DNA of 64,000 bases, from positions 25,214-89,213 of the forward strand of contig JANQNK010000007.1 in NCBI GenBank assembly GCA_028279595.1, in the 5' to 3' direction. A program made the position numbers and the translations under genes. Positions 37,705 through 46,747 of this stretch are shown here, piece by piece. This DNA is from Thermoplasmatota archaeon (GTDB taxonomy: Archaea > Thermoplasmatota > JAKEGO01). Below the pieces are notes generated by a model. It was not told the origin of the DNA. It saw only the letters and a list, made by a program, of their open reading frames with translations, and ran no database searches. Position 1 is the first letter of the stretch, and each line of letters begins with the position of its first letter.

Positions 37705-39383
37705 CCCGGGCCCTGGATCCGCGAGGTGGGAAGGAATCGAGGATATACACCGACCGCTACACCCCGTGGAAGGGGGAGCTCGGAGAGAGACACTGGATAG
37801 TCCTTAGGGCCATCAATGACGGTTTCAGACACAATCTCAGGAACAAGTGGGTAAAAGCGATAATCGCCCTGGCATGGGTTTTCACGGTGGTCTTTCCGCT
37901 CCTCACGGCCTCCTTCGGGATGAACCAGCTGATCCAGGACGCCGACAGCGCGGCGAGGTACGAGAACTACGAGGAGTACCTGTCGGAGCTCGACGAATAC
38001 GGGATCGGTTACAGGATGGTCAAGAACATAGAACCGGACTCGATGGCGACCTTCGATGTCTGGGTCTCCAATACCGGTGAGAGGCCGGATATCATCCACG
38101 TCTACATCGCGGACATCAGGGCGGACCAGCCAGGTTGGGGGGTATGGCTCAACCTACCCGGGAGCATGAACGCAACCGGGGAGCTCAACTTCAGCCTTCC
38201 CGCTGGCGAGATGGCGAACTTCAACCTCTCGGTCGCCGCACCGCCCGGGCTCATCACCGGGTACGCTGACGTCATCATCGGAGCCGAGTCGGAGGGGGCT
38301 TCGAGCCTCGTTTCCCTGTTCGGTGGGGAGACCGGGGTGTCGAAGGGACTCGCCACGAGGACGATCGTAGGCCAGACCGAGGCGTCACCCTACCATTTCA
38401 CGATCACAGCGCTGCAGCCGGTCGGTTCGGTCAGGGCCGGCGACTCCATTACCATAGACCATGTCATCGAGAACACGGGTACCGAGGCGGATATATACAA
38501 TGTCTTCACCACCGGTCTGCCCGACGGATGGAGGTCATCGGTCGACGGAACGGGAGACGGGGCGATCGATCTCGAGCCGGGGGAATCGTTGAACTTCTCG
38601 GTGACCTTCAGGGTGCCGGACGACTCGATCTCCACCAACTACGTCTCGGTCCTCGGGTTGTCTACCATGGACCCCTCGCTCACGAGCGGTTCGGTGATGA
38701 TCATCAAGGTAACGGATATCCCGGACGTTGACCTGACCGCAGAGATCATAGCGGGCCCGAACACAGGCCTTGCGTCCAGCCTGTTCATGCTCTTCACCCT
38801 CTTCCTGGCGGCGATAGCGGGATCGAAGGCCATCGCCATGGACCTGGCACAACGTTCATACACCGTTTACTTCGCAAGGCCGATAGGGAAGATGGATTAC
38901 GTGGCGATCAAGTACGGAACGGTCGGCGCCACACTCTCAATGGTCACGATACTCCCACTGCTATGCGCATACCTCGGCCTCATATTGCTGTCGAGCGTCG
39001 GTGGCCAGTACCTTATGGACCACGCCTGGGTCTGGGGGGCCATAGTCCTTCACGGACTCCTCATAATCATCGTTCTGACCTCATTGTCACTGGCCTTCTC
39101 GTCGCTGACAACAAGGAGGTTCACGGCTGCGTTCGGCCTCGTGGTGGCGTACTTCATGACCTTCGTCATGGCGAGCATCATCGTGAACGTCTTCGGCGAG
39201 GCTGGCGGGACCGCCGTGTCGATATACGATTCGGTCCAGCTGGCCGGAGCCGGGATCTTCGGGGTCGAAGGGGTCGACTTCGATTACAGCTGGGGGTACA
39301 ACGTGCTTACCCTGCTTTCGATCTCGGCCATATCCACCCTGGCTGTGCTATGGAAGGTCAGTAGGACGGAGTTGAGCGAATGA
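37701..39383 (+). CDS. ABC-2-type permease with inserted extracellular Ig/NEW3-like domains
   Basis: TM1, then two NTG...D.(Y/I) Ig-like repeats, then five TM helices with a YFARP motif; ATGA coupling. Confidence 0.85.
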   Translation: MTRALDPRGGKESRIYTDRYTPWKGELGERHWIVLRAINDGFRHNLRNKWVKAIIALAWVFTVVFPLLTASFGMNQLIQDADSAARYENYEEYLSELDEYGIGYRMVKNIEPDSMATFDVWVSNTGERPDIIHVYIADIRADQPGWGVWLNLPGSMNATGELNFSLPAGEMANFNLSVAAPPGLITGYADVIIGAESEGASSLVSLFGGETGVSKGLATRTIVGQTEASPYHFTITALQPVGSVRAGDSITIDHVIENTGTEADIYNVFTTGLPDGWRSSVDGTGDGAIDLEPGESLNFSVTFRVPDDSISTNYVSVLGLSTMDPSLTSGSVMIIKVTDIPDVDLTAEIIAGPNTGLASSLFMLFTLFLAAIAGSKAIAMDLAQRSYTVYFARPIGKMDYVAIKYGTVGATLSMVTILPLLCAYLGLILLSSVGGQYLMDHAWVWGAIVLHGLLIIIVLTSLSLAFSSLTTRRFTAAFGLVVAYFMTFVMASIIVNVFGEAGGTAVSIYDSVQLAGAGIFGVEGVDFDYSWGYNVLTLLSISAISTLAVLWKVSRTELSE

Positions 39384-40342
39384 CCGGGAATGGACGTGCC
39401 GGCGATCTCAGGGGCGGGCGACCCCCCAAACCGGTGGTGACGGCCACAGGCCTCACGAAATGGTACGGCCTTGTCCTGGGCATAAGCGACATCAATCTGG
39501 GCATCGCGGAGGGGACGACGGGGCTCCTGGGCCCCAACGGGGCCGGCAAGAGCACCTTCCTCAAGCTCATGACCGGTCAGATACGGGCGAGCCGCGGTGA
39601 GGTCCGCCTCCTCGGCCAGCCGGTCTGGAACAACCCACAGGTGATGGCCAGGATCGGATACTGCCCCGAACAGGACGCATTCTACGGGTGGATGACCGGG
39701 CTCGAGTTCGTCACGACGCTGCTCAGGATAGGAGGATACGCCAAGACGGACGCTGAGGACCTCGCGGAGTCCGCCATGCGATTGCTCGACATGGGCGACG
39801 CCATGGACAGGAGGATATCCGGCTACAGCAAGGGGATGAGACAGAGGACCAAGATCGCCCAGGCCATTGCACACGACCCGGACCTCCTGATCCTCGACGA
39901 GCCGCTCTCCGGCACGGACCCGGTGGGGAGGGTGAGGATCCTCGAGGTCATCCGGCGTTACGAGAAGGAGGGAAAGAACGTCATCCTCAGCAGTCACGTC
40001 CTACATGATGTGGAGAGGACCACACGTGACATTGTACTGATAAACAAGGGGAAGGTGATCGCGGAGGGCGACGTCCATGCCATCCGCGGGCTCATCGACC
40101 AGTATCCCCATATGGTGAGGGTGAGGACGGAGGAATCGCGGAGGCTGGCCGGTCTGCTGGCAGGCAACGACGGGGTCGTCTCGCTGGAGTTCGAACCCGG
40201 CGTTCTGGTGATCAAGACCTCCGCACCAGACACGTTCTACGGGGAACTTCCGCGGATACTGTCCGAGAGCAATGTCAGGTTCACGGAGATATCGAGCCCC
40301 GACGACAACCTGGACGCGGTGTTCAGGTACCTGGTGGAATGA
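39380..40342 (+). CDS. ABC transporter ATP-binding protein
   Basis: GPNGAGKS, YSKGMRQ, LILDEP and SSH. Confidence 0.95.
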   Translation: MTGNGRAGDLRGGRPPKPVVTATGLTKWYGLVLGISDINLGIAEGTTGLLGPNGAGKSTFLKLMTGQIRASRGEVRLLGQPVWNNPQVMARIGYCPEQDAFYGWMTGLEFVTTLLRIGGYAKTDAEDLAESAMRLLDMGDAMDRRISGYSKGMRQRTKIAQAIAHDPDLLILDEPLSGTDPVGRVRILEVIRRYEKEGKNVILSSHVLHDVERTTRDIVLINKGKVIAEGDVHAIRGLIDQYPHMVRVRTEESRRLAGLLAGNDGVVSLEFEPGVLVIKTSAPDTFYGELPRILSESNVRFTEISSPDDNLDAVFRYLVE

Positions 40343-41193
40343 TGGCAACGAAGAGGACGAGCAAGGGCGCGAAGCGGCGCGGCAGACGCATACCACCCCC
40401 CACGGGCAGCCAGGCCTCCTACAACAGGGGGTATGCCCTGACCATGATGACCATCAGGTCGATCCTGCTAGACAGGAAGACCTGGGTGCTCATAGCCCTT
40501 CTGCTCCTCCTGCTGGGTATCCCGATGCGCTGGCTGATGGACGCACCCAGCGACAAGGATGCCGAGATGGAGGTCTTCATGACCATCATGATCATCGTCT
40601 ACCTCCAGTTCATCGTCCTGTACACATGTCTACTGTATGCATCATCCCTGGTCAGCGCGGAGACCGAGGAAAGGACGATGACCTATCTCATCTCGAGGCC
40701 GATAGCCCGTTCCGAGATACTGATCTACAAGTACATCGGATACGTCGTCTCGGTCTTCTCGATCTTCGCACTCACGACGATACTGAACTACATCGTCCTC
40801 GCTCCGCATGGGGGAAGCGCTGCATTCACGAGGAACCTGGACCTGCTCGGCTACACGCTGGGCGGGATCCTGATAGCGGTGATAGGATGGGGAGCGCTCT
40901 TCATCCTGATGGCCTCGGTCTTCAAGAACCCCCTGATGCCGGGTTTCCTGTACAGCCTGTTCTGGGAGTCCCTCCTGGCGAACATGGGCGGGAACATCTC
41001 GAGGGCGACGATCACGTACCAGATAAGAACGTTCATATTCAACGGGCCATCTCGGCTCGAGGACATGGCACAGGGAGACCTCCCCGTTCACGGCGGCCAT
41101 ACTCCGGCCATGGCGTTCCTAGTCACGCTCATCGCAGCTGCAGCGTTCCTGATCATGTCGTGGTTGTTCGTCAGAAAACGAGACTTCAATTGA
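40339..41193 (+). CDS. ABC-2-type permease
   Basis: Six TM helices; E-x-E-E-R-T-M-T-Y-L-I-S-R-P coupling helix; C-terminal RKRDF. Confidence 0.9.
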   Translation: MMATKRTSKGAKRRGRRIPPPTGSQASYNRGYALTMMTIRSILLDRKTWVLIALLLLLLGIPMRWLMDAPSDKDAEMEVFMTIMIIVYLQFIVLYTCLLYASSLVSAETEERTMTYLISRPIARSEILIYKYIGYVVSVFSIFALTTILNYIVLAPHGGSAAFTRNLDLLGYTLGGILIAVIGWGALFILMASVFKNPLMPGFLYSLFWESLLANMGGNISRATITYQIRTFIFNGPSRLEDMAQGDLPVHGGHTPAMAFLVTLIAAAAFLIMSWLFVRKRDFN

Positions 41194-41214
41194 ACACGAT
41201 CGCGAGGACCAGTC

Positions 41215-42423
41215 TTATTCCTTGCAGTCCGCCAGCGGGTCGCATGCAATATCGAGCACGTCCAGTTCCCGTACAGTGACGTCGGTCCCCAGAAGCGAGG
41301 CGAGGCTCGGGTCTGTACGTCCAGAATCGCCATGGAGCAGCTCCTTGATGTAGGTGCCCGCCTCGGCCACGACATTGATGCGTGCCTGGCCATCGCCTGC
41401 GGAGACCAGCGAGATATCGCGAACGGTCCTCTTCCGCACGAGATCGGCCCTTCTGCGATTGACGCGCTCGGGGGTCCGCTGATGGATCGTGGTTCCCCTG
41501 AGGTCGGCGAGAGCGGTAGAGATCGAGCCTTCGTCGGCTGCCGTCTCGATCAGGGACTCGTATTCCTTGTCGCACCGCATCGCCTTGATGGACTTGACCA
41601 TACGTCTGTCGGAGAAGGACAGGTCGCGGACCTGGACGAGGTCCGAGGAATTGATCTCCGAAAGGGCTGAATCGAGGTCCAGCGACCTTCGTTTCGGTCC
41701 ATGGACCTCGGCGACGAACGGCCGGCCCGTGCCGAGCATCCTGACGTCGACGTCCTCCCTGCCCAGGCCGTGGAAGCTGTGCTCTCGCCCGTCTGCCATT
41801 GTCATTAGCGGGCCGCAGACGACCTCTTCGACACTCGTCTGATACATCTTCCCCGTGCCGTCGCAGCGATCGCAGCCGGTCCCTCGGCACTTCCTGCACG
41901 GCCACCTCGTCTGGGGTATGCCCCTCTGGAGCTTGTTGTAGCGGCCGTAGACGAAGAGCGACCTGACGTCGAGCTCCACAGTGTCGTACCTCACGTCCAT
42001 GATCGCCGTTATGTCGGGTCTGGACATGTCGGCCTCGGCGCCGGTCAGCGCCTCGACGCGCTTCCCCACCTCGCGATTGAGCTCGCTCTTCGCCTCCTCG
42101 CCGCAATCGATGTCCAGTTCCTCGCGGCAGGAGGATTCCGAGCCGACCAGCTCGTCGTCCACCCGGCAGCCGATCATGAATGTCGAGAACTCGTATTCCC
42201 CCAGGGACTGGACGACCAGTTCCGCAAGGTCGTCCAGCTCGCCGAACAGACCTTCGCACATGGAGCAGGAGTCTGGGTCCGTCGTTCCGTCCACTTCGAA
42301 GTATGAACGCAGCGCGCGGCCGCGTTCATCGTTCGTCATGCCATGGCCCTTCTTCCCGAACAGCCGGCCCAGACAGTGGTCGCACAGCCCGAGCTCGAGA
42401 GCCTTTCTGGCGGCCTCCTCCAT
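41215..42423 (-). CDS. pus10: tRNA pseudouridine(54/55) synthase Pus10
   Basis: N-terminal CDHCLGR zinc motif, GRYNK, IPQTRW, catalytic GREDVDVRMLG, QRTPERV and GTYIKEL. Confidence 0.95.
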   Translation of the reverse strand: MEEAARKALELGLCDHCLGRLFGKKGHGMTNDERGRALRSYFEVDGTTDPDSCSMCEGLFGELDDLAELVVQSLGEYEFSTFMIGCRVDDELVGSESSCREELDIDCGEEAKSELNREVGKRVEALTGAEADMSRPDITAIMDVRYDTVELDVRSLFVYGRYNKLQRGIPQTRWPCRKCRGTGCDRCDGTGKMYQTSVEEVVCGPLMTMADGREHSFHGLGREDVDVRMLGTGRPFVAEVHGPKRRSLDLDSALSEINSSDLVQVRDLSFSDRRMVKSIKAMRCDKEYESLIETAADEGSISTALADLRGTTIHQRTPERVNRRRADLVRKRTVRDISLVSAGDGQARINVVAEAGTYIKELLHGDSGRTDPSLASLLGTDVTVRELDVLDIACDPLADCKE

Positions 42424-42486
42424 GGCATGGAAGCCGGCATACCGTAGAAAAGGGTTTTGAGAGACCGGCATCCCATCGAAGATCAA

Positions 42487-42527
42487 GGTGAGGCGCGTTG
42501 ATCGCCGAATGAGGCGTGATCGAGCGC
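42487..42527 (+). repeat. Dispersed hairpin element, copy D
   Basis: ggtgaggcgcgttga-tcgccgaatgaggcgtga-tcgagcgc. Confidence 0.78.
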
Positions 42528-42585
42528 AACATCGACCACGTGCCTGCCAGTATACTGTTAAATATGTACATGTCGATGCAGTGGC

Positions 42586-42738
42586 ATGCTTCCAGCGCCC
42601 CTGATGTTGATCCTGGCCGCACTGGCGATCATCCTGGTTATCGTCATCATAATCAAGATAATCAAGATCATCATCATGCTGGCGGTCCTGATAGGGATCG
42701 TCTACCTGGCCTACGTGATGGGATACCTGCCGTTCTAA
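42586..42738 (+). CDS. Small (50 aa) hydrophobic membrane protein, not in the ORF track
   Basis: MLPAPLMLILAALAIILVIVIIIKIIKIIIMLAVLIGIVYLAYVMGYLPF*; TTAAATA box at about 42558; host-like CTG/ATC codons. Confidence 0.7.
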   Translation: MLPAPLMLILAALAIILVIVIIIKIIKIIIMLAVLIGIVYLAYVMGYLPF

Positions 42739-42773
42739 CGGACCGAAAAGCGGGATGCACGGACCAGCTATAC

Positions 42774-43502
42774 TCAGAATCCCCTAGCGGACGCCCTGTC
42801 GTCGAGGCCGCATCTCAGTACCAGGATCTCCCTCAGCTCATCGAGCATTCCATTGTACTCGTTTAGATTTGACCCGCCGACGTCGAGGCTCATGAACTCC
42901 CGTCCCCGGACCGGGGCCGAAGAATATCGACGTATCGGGAACCAGCCCCTGCCGATGGCCGGGATCGGCGATTCCATGTAGGATACGAGCGTACGTTCGT
43001 ACTCGTGGTCGAGTGCCTGGGTGTACCTCTCGAGTTTCCCGATGAAGTCGGGATTGATGACCTGGTTCCGCGGCTGCATGAGGGGTGATCCGGTCTTGAA
43101 CTCCTGGTATCTCAGGTGGACCGAATCGTTACGGGAGGCCTTGTTGGCGAGATCGTCGGCCTGGACCGCGGTCATCTCGGTGAAGAGCTTGTGCTGGAGG
43201 AACGAACCGAAGGTCAGGGCGTCGAGGACCTCGTCGTACTCCCGCGGTGGCCTCACTGCGAAGAATATCTTGCTGAGGTCTGCCCTGAGGTGGAGAACGC
43301 TGTAGACGAAATAGAGACGCTCCTGGAGGATCAGCATCGTGTCGCCGCGGACTAGTCTGACATCGCAGATCTTGCTCGCGCGGTCGGAGACCTCCTTGAG
43401 GTCCCAGTATAGCTCCTTGAGCTCCGGACCGTACGTCTCAGGGCGTCGGATCTGGAGCAGTAGCTTGAGTGCTATCTCTCCATCATGGAGAAACTCCAGC
43501 AT
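42774..43502 (-). CDS. Hypothetical protein (242 aa, mostly helical)
   Basis: ATG preceded by SD GAGGTGA; host codon usage; no recognised motif. Confidence 0.7.
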   Translation of the reverse strand: MLEFLHDGEIALKLLLQIRRPETYGPELKELYWDLKEVSDRASKICDVRLVRGDTMLILQERLYFVYSVLHLRADLSKIFFAVRPPREYDEVLDALTFGSFLQHKLFTEMTAVQADDLANKASRNDSVHLRYQEFKTGSPLMQPRNQVINPDFIGKLERYTQALDHEYERTLVSYMESPIPAIGRGWFPIRRYSSAPVRGREFMSLDVGGSNLNEYNGMLDELREILVLRCGLDDRASARGF

Positions 43503-43675
43503 ATGTCACCTCTTTTACGAAAGGGGTTATGGACTTTAATACCTTTCCCGACCGGACGACCAGATGGAGAAGGATTAAAATATCCGGCGGGCTTTCGTCA
43601 GGGCGAGGTCGGGGGGCTTGACTGCCAGCAGGCATGTCCAGCACCCCGGTGGTACACAGTATCAGAGGAACGTTC

Positions 43676-46600
43676 ATGTCCGGAGGAGAGGAATATGACC
43701 CGATCGTGCTCTTCGGGGCGGACCGGGGCGTCATCGCTGGAGCTTCCGAGGAGTACCAGTTCGAGCTCCGTGACTCGACTGCTTGCTCGAGGGAGTGCCC
43801 GGCCGGGGTGAACGTGAAGGCATACATCAATCTCATTGCCAACCGGAGGTTCGAGGAGGCGGTCGAGGTCATCAGGGAGATGAACCCGTTCCCGATCGTC
43901 TGCGGCCGTGTCTGCACTCGGCCGTGCGAGGAAGGCTGCGAACAGGGGGACGAGGGCGATCCGCTAGCCATAAGGGCGCTGAAGCGGTTCGCCTCGGACT
44001 ACGAGCTGGCCAGGAGGCCGATCGATGCCGTCGAGTGCGAGATCGTCCATGAAGAGAGGGTTGCGATAATAGGCTCCGGACCGGCCGGCCTCACCGCTGC
44101 CGTGGACCTCATCAGGCTTGGATATCCCGTCACCGTCTTCGAGTTGTCCGATGAACCGGGGGGAATGCTGCGTTTCGGCATCCCCGCGAACAGGCTTCCG
44201 AAGAGGATCCTCAAGAGGGAGATCGACTGGATAACGGACCTGGGCGTCGAGCTCAGGACGGGTGAGAGGATCGGCGACCCGGCAGAACTCCTGAAGGAGG
44301 GATATTCCGCCGTACTGATAGCGGCTGGAGCCCAGGTCTCCGTGCCTCTCGGCATCGAAGGGGAGGATTCGGACGGGGTCATCGAAGCGCTCACATTGCT
44401 CAGAAGGATCAACTGCGGCGAACCCGTGGACCTCGACGGAAAGGTCGTTGTGATCGGCGGTGGTTCCACCGCGTTCGATGCGGCCAGATCGGCTTTGCGC
44501 GTTGGAGCCGGTTCAGTCACCCTTGCCTATCGCCGCGGGCGTGAGGAGATGCCCGCCGAGGAGGAGGAGATCGACGAGGCCCTCGAGGAGGGCGTCCTGA
44601 TAAGGAACCTGGCGATACCCGGGAGGATCGTATCAGAGGGCGGCAAGGTCGTCGGGATCGAGCTCATCCAGGCGGAACTCGGAGAACCCGACGATTCCGG
44701 CAGGAGACGACCGGTCCCGATCGAGGGTTCCGAATTCATCATCGATGCGGACCATGTCGTTCCAGCGATAGGAGCGAGGCCGGACATCGGACCCGTAGGC
44801 GGCGTTGATGCCACCACCGACTGGGGAACCGTATGTGTCGACGAGGACGGAGGCACATCGGTCAATGGGGTCTTCGCCGCAGGCGATGTAGAGCTGGGAC
44901 CCTCCACCGTCGTCGAGTCCATAGGGCGCGGCCACACGGCTGCTGGTGCTATCGTCGGGTTCCTTGGAGGGGGGTCGAAAGCCACCATCAGGCACGACAT
45001 GGCGGTCCCGGTGGTCCTCGGACCGTTTCCCGACACACCCACCTGTTACGAACCCGATACTTGTTCACAAGCCTCGCTCTGCTTCGAGGAGACGTCGACC
45101 ACGATGTCGGAGCACAACGCCGTCACGGAGGCAACGCGCTGCGTCTCATGCGGCCCGTGCCACATGTGCGAACTGTGCCTTCCGACCTGCGAAAGCAAGC
45201 AAGTGGCTGGGAGGATAGATGGCACTGAGTTCCTGCTCAAGGTGCCTTCGGACCTGTCACGCCAGGTCCACGATGGCCTGGATAAAGTGGAGGTTTCCTC
45301 GGCTGAAGGCTCGAGGTCAATGGACCTTGGGACCCTTACGGTATCCGTCGATGAGGAGAGATGCATAGGCTGCGGCCTTTGCGAGGAGGCGTGCGCCTAC
45401 AGGGCGATAGGCACGGTTCTCCGCAAGGGTTCTGGCCCTGTGGCTGTCGTCGACCACGACGCCTGCGCCTCGTGTTCCGCCTGCGTATCGGCCTGTCCGA
45501 CAGGAGCGATCTCGCAGGGCCGGATGTCCGACGACGAGGTCCTGGGCAGGATCTCGATGGAGGTCGTCGCGCTCTCTTCGTTCTGGAACGGTCCGGACCC
45601 TCGGTTCGACGTGACCGGGGGGGTCATCGACCTAATGGCCGAGTTCAAGCCCACCGTCTCGTTCCTCCTGAGAGCCCTCATGAGGGCCGGAAAGGGAGTG
45701 GTGCTCATAGGACCGGACGATTCGTGCGGCCCGCATTACATCACCAGGATCAGGGACCCGGGAATGGTGGTCTACAACGCCCGCAGGGCGCTGGCCATGG
45801 TCGGTATCTCGCCCGACAGGATCGCCTACCGGGCGGTACCGCACGACACCGACCCTGCGGGGGTCCTTTCCGAGTTCGCAAGGAGGCTCGACGTCCTGGG
45901 ACTGGGACGGCTCGATGCTCCCGTGCCAACCGACGGTGGACCCCTCGCCGAGGCCCTTGACTCGCTGAGGTCGATGGCGTCCGTTCCGGAGATACCTCCG
46001 ATGGACCCGATGCTCCTGCCCCCTGCGGAGGGTGGCACCGGTCTCTTCGAAGCGTGCATACCGCTGTACTGGATGGTCGGGTCCACCGACGGCCTGTTCG
46101 ACATGCAGGGACCGCGTGCCTCGATGAGGGGGCTCGTATCGGTCCTGGGAGCCGTTGACGGGTCCATTGCCCTGAGATGCCCTTCGAGGGGATTGAAGGG
46201 CTACGACGGCGGTGAGGTGGCATGCGAACGCATAGAAGGGATGAACATCAAGGCCGCCCAGGCTTCCGGTGTCTCGAGGATCGTCGTAGCCTCGCCAGAG
46301 GCCTACAACGCATTCTCAAGCAACGACGGGATAGAGGTCCCTGTGATGGACCTTCCCGGGGCGATCGAAGGGTCCCTTGGGGACACTGTCCTGGATCCAC
46401 TGGACATCGTGGTCGCGGTCCACCCCTCATGCGCGATGGACGAAGACCCGTTCCTCGACCCGACGCTCGAACTGCTCGGAAGGATCCCAGGGGTCAGGAT
46501 CGTCACTATCGACGAAGGGTGCGGGAGGTCTGGATTCCGCGACATGGACGCGGGATCGAGGGTCAGCGCACACGAACTCGTCTCGAAGGCGCTCGAGATG

Positions 46601-46747
46601 GGCGCTGACACGATCGCCTGTACATCCTCACACTGCCAGGCCCACATGCTGTTGATGCAGCGCCAGGGATCCTGGAGGAGCGCGGAGATCGAGGTCACCG
46701 ACGTGTACTCGTTACTTCTGCGTTCCATCAGGGGGGAGGGAGCATGA
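43676..46747 (+). CDS. Multidomain NAD(P)H-dependent flavin/Fe-S oxidoreductase: GltD/NfnB-like core, ferredoxin motifs, degenerate MvhD and CCG domains
   Basis: CPAG...CGRVCTRPCEEGC; GSGPAG; GGGSTAFD with AYRR; CxxCxxCxxxC clusters; C-terminal MvhD-like and HdrB/D-like segments. Confidence 0.85.
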   Translation: MSGGEEYDPIVLFGADRGVIAGASEEYQFELRDSTACSRECPAGVNVKAYINLIANRRFEEAVEVIREMNPFPIVCGRVCTRPCEEGCEQGDEGDPLAIRALKRFASDYELARRPIDAVECEIVHEERVAIIGSGPAGLTAAVDLIRLGYPVTVFELSDEPGGMLRFGIPANRLPKRILKREIDWITDLGVELRTGERIGDPAELLKEGYSAVLIAAGAQVSVPLGIEGEDSDGVIEALTLLRRINCGEPVDLDGKVVVIGGGSTAFDAARSALRVGAGSVTLAYRRGREEMPAEEEEIDEALEEGVLIRNLAIPGRIVSEGGKVVGIELIQAELGEPDDSGRRRPVPIEGSEFIIDADHVVPAIGARPDIGPVGGVDATTDWGTVCVDEDGGTSVNGVFAAGDVELGPSTVVESIGRGHTAAGAIVGFLGGGSKATIRHDMAVPVVLGPFPDTPTCYEPDTCSQASLCFEETSTTMSEHNAVTEATRCVSCGPCHMCELCLPTCESKQVAGRIDGTEFLLKVPSDLSRQVHDGLDKVEVSSAEGSRSMDLGTLTVSVDEERCIGCGLCEEACAYRAIGTVLRKGSGPVAVVDHDACASCSACVSACPTGAISQGRMSDDEVLGRISMEVVALSSFWNGPDPRFDVTGGVIDLMAEFKPTVSFLLRALMRAGKGVVLIGPDDSCGPHYITRIRDPGMVVYNARRALAMVGISPDRIAYRAVPHDTDPAGVLSEFARRLDVLGLGRLDAPVPTDGGPLAEALDSLRSMASVPEIPPMDPMLLPPAEGGTGLFEACIPLYWMVGSTDGLFDMQGPRASMRGLVSVLGAVDGSIALRCPSRGLKGYDGGEVACERIEGMNIKAAQASGVSRIVVASPEAYNAFSSNDGIEVPVMDLPGAIEGSLGDTVLDPLDIVVAVHPSCAMDEDPFLDPTLELLGRIPGVRIVTIDEGCGRSGFRDMDAGSRVSAHELVSKALEMGADTIACTSSHCQAHMLLMQRQGSWRSAEIEVTDVYSLLLRSIRGEGA

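Noticed and set aside
42516-42866. ORF-track 116-aa product
   Set aside because: Alternative frame; the 50-aa hydrophobic ORF at 42586-42738 fits the promoter position and codon usage better.
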